Numbered from the stretch's first letter, positions 1 through 12,337 are shown. The stretch is 64,000 nucleotides of DNA from Octopus sinensis (GCF_006345805.1 NC_043014.1:20274001-20338000); one strand, 5' to 3'. The notes: a model not told the origin generated them from the letters alone. Numbers and translations are program-made.

Positions 1-689
1 CCTGTCATCTCTACAGACGATGTGAGTTCGATTCCAAAGGGCAACCTTTGACTTTTTCCTATACAAAAGGGTTTTTCAACAAATATTTAAATGCTATTAA
101 TTATAGCCATAACCAATTCTCAAAATGATTATTCCACGTTCCTTCGAATCTTTACAATTTCATGATGTCATCAATATAAATATATAGACACATGTATATA
201 TACATTCATACACACACATGTATGTATGTGCGTGTATATATATACCGACACACACATATAGCCAAATATATTATGAAGAGATATTCGCACACATGCACAA
301 ATATAAAGACATAAACACACGCGCAAGCATTTAAGGTTTGAATTCATACAAAGTGAGAGAAAGACTTTTTAAACCTACGCAGGTCTGCCACTGAGCCCAC
401 CAGGTACCACTTTACGCGTCATCAACGCTTTTATTCATAATGATATTCTTACTACTAGGATTATGAAATCCAGAAGGATGAACTATAATGTCGATTATGC
501 GCTAACTGGAATCAGAACGCAAACGGAATGAAATATTTGTCATATTAAATTCAGAAAACGTATACAGTGTACAATGATCACTAAATAATATAACAACTTA
601 TCATACACTACTTAGTAACCAACCATTAATGAAAGACAATCACCATCTAATAATATGAAATAAGACATTCTTATATAATGAACACCCGA

Positions 690-870
690 AACTGTAACGC
701 ATGAGGCGATGAATTGGGAGAACGTAAAGCACGTCGAAGAGAAACGCTTTGTAATATTCGTTTTCTTCCTGGTCCGTTACTTTCTGGGATCGATAAAGTA
801 AGTATCAGTTAATATTCCCTTTCCTTATAGTTGCTGGCCTTGTACCAAAATTTGTAACCATTATTCATTT
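690..870 (+). mobile_element. Degenerate tRNA-derived SINE (family b)
   Basis: Shares segments such as 'gggatcgataaagtaagtatcagtt' and 'ggccttgtaccaaaatttg' with the better copies at 12800-13012 and 52428-52643. Confidence 0.5.
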
Positions 871-1682
871 CTGATTTCGAAACAAATCACAATGGCCTTC
901 CATTCCTCCGCGGTTTACATGTACTAGTCCACAAAAAGAATCCATATTTCTCTTGCTCCCTTCACCCTTCTTTTCCCCTCTTTCTCTTTCATTTCTGAAG
1001 AAATCGGTTGTGGTCAGACCTGGAAAAGGGGACACCCCCACTAAATTCAGATGCCCAAGACATGCCGTTTGTCATCCAGGGTGCCTCTAATTCTCAACCA
1101 CATCCCATCCCCATAAAAAATTTTCCAAAACTCAAGTTATCTCTATAATTTCCGTGCAGAAATATAATATATCCTACACTACACACAATGTGCATGCTGT
1201 GCACAAGCATCCCCGAATACTAATATGCATAAAACTCATACAATGAAAGGAAACATTATCACAACAATAAAACAATACCAGAATTACCAAAGTGAGCCCT
1301 ACAACATGGCAAAATAGACATAGTATACAGTTTAAGTATTTCATCATTCAAAGACAATACTGTAAATAATTTAGGTACACAGGCGTGTTTCTGACGGGGC
1401 AGCGGAAACTAGCAGAAACGTGATAGAAGCATAAATGTAATAACAATCATATGGGCTACAGCAAATATTCTGATCAATACCATAGATTTGTTTGTCATTT
1501 GCTTGACTTTAACCAGTTGAACATATCTCTTAGTAGTTGACAATATGTGCATCACGAGCAGAAGTAGTGGGGGAGCATCATAGCCATGTGTTGAGTATTC
1601 CTTGGGATTTGAATAATTCATATCTGGAAACATGGGTGTTTTATTCATTTTCCTTAAATAACCCTCATTCAGTGACCTTCTG

Positions 1683-1859
1683 AGCGGGATGTGCAACTCA
1701 ACCTGAAGAAGATTCTAACTAGGCCCCACCTGCAAGGTCACATATTGCGCACATATGGTTGAGATGCCTGTACCTGTTAAGGGTAGTCATGATGTGTATA
1801 CTGAGCTACTATACTTGTACCCCAGTGTCATTTTGATGACATGCATTGCTCACTCATTC
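1683..1859 (+). mobile_element. 3' end remnant of a high-copy non-LTR retrotransposon followed by an (AAT)n tail
   Basis: 'ctaactaggccccacctgcaaggtca...ccccagtgtcattttgatgacatgcattgctcactcattc' runs straight into (AAT)n. Recognised from memory as a common octopus LINE 3' UTR; no coding evidence here. Confidence 0.45.
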
Positions 1860-1919
<60 letters not shown>

Positions 1920-1975
1920 TGGAAGAAGAAGAAGAAGAAGAAGAAGAAGAAGAAGAAGAAGAAGAAGAAGAAGAA
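1860..1975. repeat. Compound microsatellite (AAT)n then (GAA)n
   Basis: Direct reading. Confidence 0.98.
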
Positions 1976-2274
1976 AAGAGAGCCTCGCGCTGAATAGCAA
2001 CACAGATGTGCTACGCCGGGCTTTCCATTCGAAAACAAATCTAATCTAATAACATTGGTAGAATGGGATACAGGAACTTGTAGAAGACTTGAAGGAAGCG
2101 GCCTTTTAACAAAAATAATCACAAAAACGAAATTTTATTGCCATACAAAGCACAGTTTCTCCTAAGCACGATGTCTCAGTGAAACATGTGCGAAACACAT
2201 ATGCGAAATCAACATCTGAAAGTTTACAAATTATAAAATATAAATGGAACAAAACAGTAAGTACATAAATTGAT

Positions 2275-2315
2275 TAATTACGCATACACTCGAATGTCGA
2301 GTGTATGCGTAATTA
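2275..2315. repeat. Perfect 19-bp inverted repeat with a 3-nt loop
   Basis: taattacgcatacactcga-atg-tcgagtgtatgcgtaatta. Confidence 0.95.
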
Positions 2316-5300
2316 GCACTGCCAGGCTAGGGAATTATCCATAGACCCTGGCCCGAAAAGCCTTCGCAACAGATTGTGAGTTGATCCTCGTCGACACACT
2401 GAGTTTCCTCGAGAACGTCGTCACACTTTTATTCCACTATAGAACATTAGAGCAAAACTACCACTGACCGCATTGCCCGCCTGGCAGAGAGCTGTGAGAG
2501 CTTGACGGTATTCGAGGTGCCAAGCCCCTAATCCAGGATTGCAGCTCGGTCAAAGAGACGTGCTGTGGGAGAGCGAGTCTAACAAACGGCGACCTCACCT
2601 GCTAACCGTCAAGGAAACGCTTGAGATACTGCAACCTGAGCGCATATCTCCGCATCAGCAGCTACGGCATGCTCAGGCCGCCATTCAGCGGCTGTTGACA
2701 GCAGATGTAGCGTCTTACCAGCGAAACGCGACCTCTCCACACAAAGTGGAAAAGTATGCGGACCAGCTTGTTCAAGCGTTCGTAGATGACGGAAGTGATG
2801 TACGCATTCGCCACCTTAGCTTGACATTTCAGGGGCAGCTTCCTCTCGGCCCATTTGTTTTGTGGGTGAGATTGGCAACCCTGTTCGTCACCATGTCCCA
2901 GTTTTTCTCCACCTGGAGGTCTGGACTGAACCAGATTCAGGGCTGTCTGTTGGACGGCATGGATTTACCCCTCCAAGTGCCGTGTTGCAAGCCCACTGAT
3001 TTTTTTCGCGTTAATTTTTGCTCCTGTCAACTCTTCATATTCTTTTAGGTCTATGAGTTTGTGGCTTGACACTATGACAGTGACATCGTCTGCTTAAGAA
3101 GGCATGCTTCTCCCATGTCCTATATCACGCAGGATGCTCCTCAGTGCCTCCAGCTTCCGTAGCAGTGGCTCAAGAATCAGTACATAGCGAAGTGAGGAGA
3201 GCCGGTACCCTTAACGGACCGAGCGCAAGATGCTGAAGGGTTTTGACAGATGATCATGCACCCGAACTACCGAGCAGATGCTGCTGTACATGGCAGCGAT
3301 CCAACCACGGACAACTGGACCGAAACCGGCTGCCGCGAGAACAACCACCAAGTATTGGTGGTGGAACCTATTGAAAGCTTTAGATTGATCTAAATTGATC
3401 AGAGCCCCACCTGTGTCAGCTTCGTTAACCACCCTCCATATAATGTAGCTCATGAAGTGGAGGTAGTCAGGAATGGTCCTGGTTGGGATGGCGCATTTTT
3501 GCGCATTGCCAATCAGCTTCTCAACAACAAGCGCCAACCTGTTGGCTATCACCTTGGCCAAAACCTTCAGCTCTGCATTGGGCAGTGATGGGCCTGAATT
3601 CTCTATCATGTCCTCTTTGTTTGCGTCCTTTTTCAGCAGTATCACGCCTTTCGACAAACATGAGTGGTAATTCTCCCATTTTATTGCCAGTTGCGGTAAA
3701 TGTCTGCTAAGAGGCTCGCAAACAAGTCTGGCATAGAAATATAAAGCTCGTAGGGTAGACCATCCAAATCCGGCGGCCTACCTCTAGCGCAGCCCTTCAT
3801 CACATCCTGTTTCCGCAGTTGTTATCGGCCTTTCGTAGCACTCTGATATGTAGACAGCGAAGTCCAGGTAGACACCGAAATCTTCCCCGTTATCCGTCCT
3901 ATTACTCGTCCCGAACATGAGCACGACCATGTTAAGATTTAAGATGACGATAAGCTCTAGTTACCACTGTTGTCCGGTGGGTTGGCCCCTTATTCCTTGG
4001 TGTGGGGTGTTTTCACGAGTAAAGTTTTGTATAGTCTTTTTGAAAATGTTTTCTGAAACGGCCCTGCAGCTTCCGGAAAGTTTGTTTTTAATGTATTGCA
4101 TATGTGCTGTGTAATTTTTAGAATTTGTATGTGTGGTGGTGGCGCGTTGTGTTGAGAAGACAATGGCTTTCATTGTTGTCTCTCTGTTGTTCGTTAAGTG
4201 TGTAACAAGATGTATGTTGTCTATGTTTTGGGCTGTGAGGTTGGTAGTACTCGTGAAGACTGTCTGTGTTGTAATTTGTATTGGTGTTTGTGTTTGAGGT
4301 GGTAGTGCTGGCGAAAGTGTTGTTGTTGTTGGCGGTTGTAACTGAGTGTTGTTGCTGTTGAGAAGTTCAGCTTGTTTGCACGTCCTCTTTTTGTAGTAAT
4401 AGTTCTTCAGTTCTTTTTTCCTCTTTTTTGGAGCCATTGTGTCCCAATCCCCACTCTCGAACTCAGTACTTGAGCAGTCCGAGTTGTTTGGGTCGGGAAG
4501 GGGAATGTTTTGAGGGTCCTGGACTTATTGTGGGGGTTCATTTGTTGCTGGTACTACTGTTGTTGCTGATGGTGGTGGTGGTGGTGGTGGTCTCATGGAT
4601 GCTGGAGCTTTTGGTGTTGAAGTTTCAGTGACGGCTGAATGCAGTTTCGCTGGTGGTGGTGGGAGTGGTGGCGGTGGTGGTGGTGGGGCCAGTGCTGCCC
4701 TTGGTATATCGACCGCTGGTCCCTGCTGCTGCACCTGTTGTTGTTGTTGCTGCGCTGGAAGTGGAACTGACAATGGTGTTAGTAGTAGTGCTGGCCGTTC
4801 CTCCCCTCTCTTTCTGGGGTAGGATACCTTGAGTTGGCTCTTGTCACCACAGAGGTAACATCTCGGCTTCCTGCCGTCTACGGCCATGTGTAAAGTCAAG
4901 AATTAGCTCTATGTTACTTGTTCTACTTGGATTAAGAGCTCCATCTCCTGACCCGGCTAATTTTGTTGGTACAACTTGTACACCTCCAGTATTGTATTGG
5001 TGTCCTCTATGTCTAGGAGGAGTGCCGCCATCAGCCAGCATATATTTATTTCTGGGGGCACCTCCCCAATTTTTATTTTTGTTAGGCGCCGACCAAGGTA
5101 CGTGGGCACGAGTAAAATGTCTTGACCTTCTAGTGACACTGTGGAATGGTGTCTTGCTTCTTACTCCGTTGCGAAACGGACCTCCACAGTGGCGAAACGT
5201 TTTCCTCTTGTTACATACGTTTTTACATTCCAAACTGGCTTAAGTATGACTTCAAGTGCTCTTGTGTTGCTTGTTCCATTCTCTTATATTGTGTGCGTTT

Positions 5301-5860
5301 ACGCATTTGTAAATGAGTGTTTTTTTTGTGTGTCTCTAATTATATCATTTGGTGTATTTATCGCTACATTGTTTCCACTTTTTATTAATCCTAATGTCTT
5401 CCACTTTGAAACCGTGGTGAAACCGTTGACGCTTGGCTTGTTGCTGTTGTTGTTCGTGTTTGTGGTGGTGGTGGTGGTGGTGACATTGTCAGTGTCCTTT
5501 TCTCCTGTTTTCTTTTTTCTTTCCTTTTTCCTTCTTTTCCTGTGCAGGAACAATAGTGGTGGTGAAAGAGGAGTAGTCTTCGTTGAAATGGCTGTTCAAC
5601 CTTCCGCTCTCATTCCCTCACTCGATCACCATTGTTTTTTTTTTTCTTTATTGTTTTCGAAAATCTTTCAAAGACATTTTTCGAAAAAAATGTGTAATTA
5701 GCCCCTAAAGGGAGCTATTTCCAACAAAAACTAGCTCCGCAGGAGGGCAGCTTCCCCAGAAACTGAATTCAACAACAAAAACAGGAGTTCAACAAACTCT
5801 TCACAACAAAGCGACAACCACGAATTTCTGCTCACCGAGATCAAAAAGAACACACCAACT
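2316..5860 (-). mobile_element. Decayed Tx1/L1-clade LINE: 5' UTR, ORF1 with zinc knuckle, ORF2 RT; APE domain apparently deleted; 3' end missing
   Basis: RT frame 3211-3657 (LKVLAKVIANRL, LINLDQSKAFN, ILRSVR). Pre-RT motif CARGRPPDLDGLPYELY near 3730-3800. Post-RT segment LFHFVWRGRVSLVRR...GGLSMP. ORF1 pieces PTYLGRRLTKIKIGEVPPEI and decayed knuckle RCYLCGDKSQ. Many stops and frameshifts. Confidence 0.85.
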
Positions 5861-5894
5861 ACAGCATCAACAACAACAATAATGATAATCTTTT

Positions 5895-5997
5895 CTACTC
5901 TAGTCACGGTCTGAAATAGATCGACCCCAGTACGCAATTTGTACTTAATTCATCAACCCCGAAAGGCAAAGTCGACCTTGGTAGAATATGAACTCAG
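5895..5997 (-). mobile_element. SINE family b fragment
   Basis: 'gatcgaccccagtacgc...ccccgaaaggcaaagtcgacctt...gaactcagaa' matches the copy at 12800-13012. Confidence 0.7.
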
Positions 5998-6007
5998 AAG
6001 AAATACC

Positions 6008-6058
<51 letters not shown>

Positions 6059-6084
6059 TGATGATGATGATGATGATGATGATA
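6008..6084. repeat. (AAT)n/(GAT)n microsatellite
   Basis: Direct reading. Confidence 0.97.
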
Positions 6085-8023
6085 ATACAGATAGTTAAAA
6101 TATATATAATACAGAAATAGTGGTACACCAGTACGGCCGCAGTCCAGGAAATAAAACCAGCAAAAGAATAAATGGAACCATATCTGATATTTACCATTTC
6201 TGTTTTGAATAAAAAAAATTTATACACCGTATTGTCTGCGAGGTAGAAATGAGGCTCTGTTGCATCTCTATCTGTTAGACCATAGATATCGCTCTGTAAT
6301 CCTTATATATTCTCTTAAATATATAATTCAACATTTCAAGATGTTTTACCTCAATTTTACCAGAATTAACATATGTTTATACATTATTATGGTTTTTACG
6401 CTCCATTGTTTTTTTTTTCCTGGAGCACAATGCCATAAAAGATGGTGGGAAGAGTTGTGTGATCGCAGTCCAATGAATGAAGCTAGGAAGAGAATAAAAT
6501 AATAAGCAAAATGAATCGATCAACACTATTAGTTCGGTTAGGTCATTTTATCCTTTTCTTCCGGTTCACTTATTTGTTCATTTATTCTGTCCTTTTATAT
6601 AAATTTATTTCTGTTTACAGTACATGATGTTATTGTTGATTCTCTTTTCTTCTTTTTCTTTCATTCTGTTTTTCCTTCCTAAATATCATCACAGAGAAAA
6701 TGGATTGATGATCAAGCTAAGTGACTATGTTTGTTTTATGATCGTTTAATCCGAATCACAAATTAGATGTCTTCAAACAAAATACTGAGTTAACGTGTCC
6801 GCCATTCTTTTGATGTGAATGACTACAGATTTATGACTACGACATTTCGACATTCTTATTTCTGTCACCATTTTCCTTCGTCCACTTTTTTCGCATGCCC
6901 ACTATTCAGCTTCATTTTCATCTTCTTTCTTTTTGTCTGGTACCTCTTGGTTTCTTCCTCTTCTTTTTTTTGCTGCTTTCTTTATGTAACAGAGATGGCG
7001 TAATGGATAATATGATCCAAGATAAACTATGCTTGTAAAACACAACATGATCATCGTTAGAGGGTATTTAATCATACTTCTGCTCAATCGCAATTAATGT
7101 GAAGCTAAGCATCAATAACTTCTCATTTCTCTTCCCCATCTCGTCCTCCACCTACGTTCATTCCTTTTCTTTCGTCTTTTTCTTCTCTTCTCCACCATTT
7201 TGTCTCCAGCCTTCATCAATTCACGTGTTCTCTTAAAACAATTTTTCATTCCTGAGTCGCCACTGTTATTGTCCAATTCTTCCTTTATTCACTTCTATTC
7301 GTCTACAACCTCCTTCAAAATCTCATTCTTCGCCCTCTTCACATTCCTTTCTTTCTTTTATTGCCTCCTTCCTATCTCCCTTTCCATTCTAACATTATTT
7401 CATCAGGCTCTTTCTCTATAATGTTACTCATCCGACCTACTCGAAATAGTTGAATTTCCTTTAAGTCACGCATTACATTCTTGATTATCTAAGACAGACT
7501 GTCTTCAAGAGGAAGAGCAGAACGGTCATAGCTACAACACCTTTCCTCATAGGTCTGCTCGATCAGATTGCTGGCTGCACAACGAGATTCCAGCATTCAT
7601 TTATTCGGTTATCCTTTCTCGTTTTTAACCAATCATACCTGTAATCATTCAGTCCTTATATATATATATATATATATATTACACATTCTTTAATTTCCCC
7701 ACGCTTTGATTCATTACTCATTATTCTCTTTTCTTTCTTTGCTTCCTTCCTGATGTCATTAAATTTCTTTAATATCTGCTTATTCGTTCTCCGCGTTGAA
7801 AAGATTTTCATGCACATTGCTATGCAGATATAATCAGTTTCATTTGCCACATTAATCATCTGCACTCAGCCGTTAACCATGAGCAACCAAAACAACTAAT
7901 GTCAGAAATGCATTGTTTCGATGAACGGAAGATTTGAAACATTATTGGCAAAGGGAATGAGGAATTACTCAACAATAATAGCAGAAAGAATAATAACTAT
8001 ATATATATATATTATATATATAT

Positions 8024-8061
<38 letters not shown>

Positions 8062-8896
8062 GGTAAATAAATGGACCTGATCGAAGATGTTATTAACTTT
8101 CTTTTACTTTCGACATATGTTTCGAAGACAAAGGAATAAACGGTGTAAAATGCAATCTTCTCATCAGGAAAGAAAGAGAACCTATCTCAACAACAAGACA
8201 TTATAACAATTACGATGACTGCCTAAATGATAAACAGAACTTTATTAAGTATTTAAAAAACCGTTAGTAGATTTGACGTTAAAGGCAGATACTAGGAAGA
8301 AAAGGGTTAAAGAAGTAATAAGTAGAGAACAAATAAAGCGGGGTACGTTTGTTGAAGAAAAAAAGTTCAAAGGCTTAAAAGTAGATTTCCCTATTGAAGT
8401 AAAGTGCAAGTTAAACTAACTGTTCAAATTATCAAGGCTGGCGAAATCACTTATATGAGTTAAAGGTATGTTTCTGTCAGTGCTTACATTTGTAAGATCG
8501 CTCTATAAGTGTGTTAACAAGGTGATTCTTAGAGAAGAGAATATGGAAGGGTTCAGAGTTGCAAATGTTACAAAATCCCTTGCCCTTATCGTAAGGAAAA
8601 GATACGGACAGGATGAACCAATCTAACTTAAAATCTTTATTATTGTCTTTAAGATGCCAAACCAATTTACTTAGCCCTGTACTATAGCGTTTTCTGCTAT
8701 CCCTAAATGATGAATAATGATTTGAAATTCTCTTAGATGACTGGGAAGAGGATGCACCTATGTAGAAGTAGACATCGGTACCGGAAGAAATTTTACACTG
8801 GTATATAGAATTCTTGATCTTAGAATTATTAGACATAAATTTAATTCTGTTGGGGTTGTCCTCAGAGATGAGATCAAAACCCTGTTTTTATTGCTA

Positions 8897-8897
<1 letters not shown>
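8062..8897 (-). mobile_element. 3' part of a Penelope-like element (Hydra-type): GIY-YIG endonuclease, 3' UTR and HHR, ending in (TA)n
   Basis: ORF 8477-8836: NSIYQCKI...FYIGASS...RISNHYSSFR...STGLSKLVWHLKD...CNICNSE...CKH, a GIY-YIG pattern with a downstream CxxC. Abuts the (TA)n tract at 7999-8061. Confidence 0.85.
8107..8172 (-). ncRNA. Type I hammerhead ribozyme with intact core and palindromic stem III
   Basis: Minus strand: CTTTC-CTGATGA-GAAGA(27-nt loop)TCTTC-GAAA-CATATG-TC-GAAAG. 5-bp stem I, 5-bp stem II, ACATATGT palindrome, GUC cleavage triplet. Confidence 0.85.
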
Positions 8898-8973
<76 letters not shown>

Positions 8974-9021
8974 GTTGTTGTTGTTGTTGTTGTTAATACT
9001 ATTAATATTATTATTATTATT
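8898..9021. repeat. (TTA)n/(TTG)n tract: tail and target of the R4/Dong insertion
   Basis: Direct reading. Confidence 0.95.
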
Positions 9022-10811
9022 CTATGTTTGACTTTTACTTTATATTTGTACAAGTTGGCTCCAAGTCTCACCCAGAGACCTCAAGAGGCAACAGGTTGGA
9101 AGTTCGTATTGTTGTTATGCCTAGTGTGCCATATATTTGGTTTTGTATTTAGTGTTGTGCTAGTGAATGCCTGAAGAAAAAAACGGAAGTTATGTTTGTT
9201 TTTAAAACTTGAGGTTACATAGAAAGTATTTTGCGTAGGATATGAGCAGTTCCCATGAGCACTATCTTTTGAATTTCTGCCATTTTGGGGTTTCCCGGTA
9301 TCTGAGTTAGGTACCAATCAGCCCCTTTTGCTATCATTCCCAAGTAGACTGCACTTGGAGACAACATGATCAATGGTTTCATTTTGACAACAGGTATTGT
9401 TTTAGTCTTCAGTTTACACATTTTGCTGATTTCTATTTCAAGATCTTTATATTTGCTCAGTTTTTGGTAGGTCTTGACAGATACGTTTATATCGATTGAG
9501 ACAGTCATATCAATGAGGAGGCATGTTCTTTGTCTGAAGTCTTTCAATATGATGTCTGGCCTATTTGCATCTATCTTTCTGTCAGTTTGAATGGGGAAGT
9601 TCCAGAGGAGTGAGATGTAGTCATTTTCAAGCACTGGAGGGGGTTTGTGTTCCCACCAGTTTTTTTCATGGGGCAAATCCAGATTTTTGCAGATTACCCA
9701 GTGAATATATTGTGCACCTTTATCATGCATGTTGAGATACTCTGTAGGCGCTAGAAGACTGCACTTGGAGACAACATGATCAATGGTTTCATTTTGTTGT
9801 TGACATACACGACGTGTTGGGCTACTGCCGTTCTTTAATATGTTGGCCTGGTAGTTCGTTGTTGGTAGGCATTGATCTTGAGCTGCTATGATAAACCCTT
9901 CTGTTTCAGATTTTAAGCCAGAGGCCATTAGCTATTGATATGTCAGGGCTTTGTCAACATCTGCATTATTCGCTCTCTTTGGGTGTTTGCCATAGAGAGG
10001 TTTTACTTGCCATTTATCATTCAGAATATCTAAGGCAGCACTTTTAGCACGGGTTTTCATGCGTTTAGCTTTTTCTGTGCTTGTTTCTTGTATGTCTAAT
10101 TCCGAAGTTTGTTGTATTCAGAATTCACTTAGATATCCCTTTGCCTGTTTTGTTACTGAGTATGATGCTTTCTTGTTTTCATATCTTGAGACAAGTTTTA
10201 ACATCCAGTCCTCAGAGTTTTCCAGTTAGGTGTCTAGGCCAATTGTAGCAATCTTCATTGTTATTGCCAGTTGTAAAAGTCCACGGCATCTCTCTTTTCT
10301 TGGCAGATAAAGTCGTTCTATATCTGCCTTAGGGTGGTGCATTCTATGCATTGTCAACAGTTTTCGTATTTTTCTGTCAAGATTACATATTTCAGTAATT
10401 GACCAGTTAACGATGTTGAAAATGTAAGTCACGACTGGTATGGCTAAAGCATTGATCGCTTCGATCCTGTTTCTCGCATTTAGCTCTGTCTTGAGTATTG
10501 CTCTTACTCTGCGATAACATTCTCTCCTGATCCTTTCCTTCATCACTGAATGGCTTATTCCGTCCCCTTCAATTACCCCTAGATACTTGTAGCTCTCCGC
10601 TGGATCTAATTCTTTTATGACGTTCTTCTGGTCAAGGTTAACGTTAGATGTTTCTGTCATTTTTCCTTTGATAAAGTTAGCTTTTGCACATTTATCGAGG
10701 CCAAATTGCATTCTGATGTCATCGCTGAATTGTTTAACAATCGCTAGTAATCCCTTGAGTTGATGGTCATTTTTTGCAAAGAGCTTTAAATCATCCATGT
10801 AAATGAGATGA

Positions 10812-10812
<1 letters not shown>
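9022..10812 (-). mobile_element. 5'-truncated R4/Dong-clade non-LTR retrotransposon (RT C-terminal half, CCHC knuckle, restriction-like endonuclease)
   Basis: HLIYMDDLKLFAK (YMDD) with KYLG motif in ORF 10226-10798. ORF 9215-9928 has SETEGFIIAAQDQ, RVC...ETIDHVVSKC, and the RLE motif NRPDIILKD...LLIDMTV...K..KY. 3' end runs into (AAT)n. Confidence 0.9.

Positions 10813-10875
<63 letters not shown>
10813..10875. repeat. (TTA)n tract that is also the Asn-codon linker of the host PLE
   Basis: Minus frame reads NSNPSHNNNNNNNN. Confidence 0.9.
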
Positions 10876-10876
<1 letters not shown>

Positions 10877-12337
10877 GTGAGGGGTTGGAATTAACAAGAT
10901 TAATGTTGGAACTCCCAGAAAAGGAACTTTTATTTAGCTGATTGGTATTGTCAGAAGATATGATTTGTGAAAGATTCTTTGTGTTGGAGAAAGCGACTCT
11001 AACTATATGAGACTTAATAATCGAATAATATCTAGAATTTTTTGGAAAGTTCCTAGCAACCGCTTCACGCAATTGCAAAGGAAGGTTTGATTTAATTTGT
11101 TTTCCAAACGGAATTACAAACCAGATATTTTTCCTAGTAACATTTAAATTGTAAGTAGTATTATCTTTAAAGTAAGGTGAAGATCTTCTTGAGTGAAAAT
11201 TTGAGCTTAAATAACGCTTGCCTCCCTTACTCCGTAAAGGATTTATATTATGTATTGAGTTGTTTACAATATTAGAATTAAAATCACTCTTATTATTACA
11301 ACTAGATTTTTGTCTTGAGAAGTAGATAAAGGGCTATATTGAGCAGAATCAATGTATGTCACTTTCTCTTTATAGCCAGCTTTAACCAAGGCAGCGTTAT
11401 AGAATTCTGCCTTTTCGTTAAAAATGTCAACATTGGCGGATAATTCAGATAATCTAAGTGAAATGTTTTTAACTAAATTCTTAGTAATTGCCTTAGCGTG
11501 ATTACTGTAAGGACTAATATATTTGAGATTTGTGGAAGGTTTATGGTATGGGAAGTACGAGCTACTTTGTAAATTGAGAGTTTAAGAAGTTAGCTTTAGT
11601 TAACTCATCGTCAGAAACGATGTGAAAGCCCATTCTACTAAAAAACCTAACTTATCTATTCTTAACCTTCTGTATTTTTTGATTTGAAATGTTTTGGAGG
11701 TAAAGCAGACAATCATCGCGATAAAGACCTCCACAGATGTCCGGGAACTGGTCGGCCATTTCATAAAGTATATATATTCCGACCAAATCAGCAATTTGAG
11801 CGGAATCTGTACTTCCCATTAATACATCAAATGCATCGGGAGTATCCTTCCGTTACCGAACTTGATGAATGATTTTCTAGCAGCCAGTATCAAATTAATT
11901 TCTTCACTACAGAGACCTGCTTTATTGTGTGCATGCCAGAGTGCCTTACTGAGTATAATAGGGTTGATTGATGAATAGACGCTAAATATATTAAACTGAA
12001 TAAATTTAGTGTTGGCCTTATTAGTAATAGAAGTAAACCAATCTACAACTTGAAAATAATTCGACCATAATCTAAGTTTTAATTTATTGATTAATGTAGG
12101 GATATACTTATCTAATATGTATTTACTAAGAGTACTGATGTCGGTGCTGGAAGGGCATATAAGCCGTAATGATGAGTTAGTATAAAAGTTCTGTTTGTGG
12201 TCTCTACCCTGGTAACTGTTTATTGAATTTTCCATGTTAACGGTAATCAAAGGATAAGGCTCCAGTTTTACATATGAGTTACATAACTGTTTCAAGGAGA
12301 TGTGTATATATGTAACTCATATGTAAAACTGGAGCCT
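10876..12337 (-). mobile_element. 5' part (RT) of the same Hydra-type PLE, decayed and 5'-truncated
   Basis: RLICPSSTDISTLSKYILDK, VVDWFTSITNK..FIQFNI, DVLMGSTDSAQIADLVGIYIL, GGLYRDD (about 11712-11726), SNHAKAITKNL, NIWFVIPF; multiple frameshifts. Confidence 0.85.
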
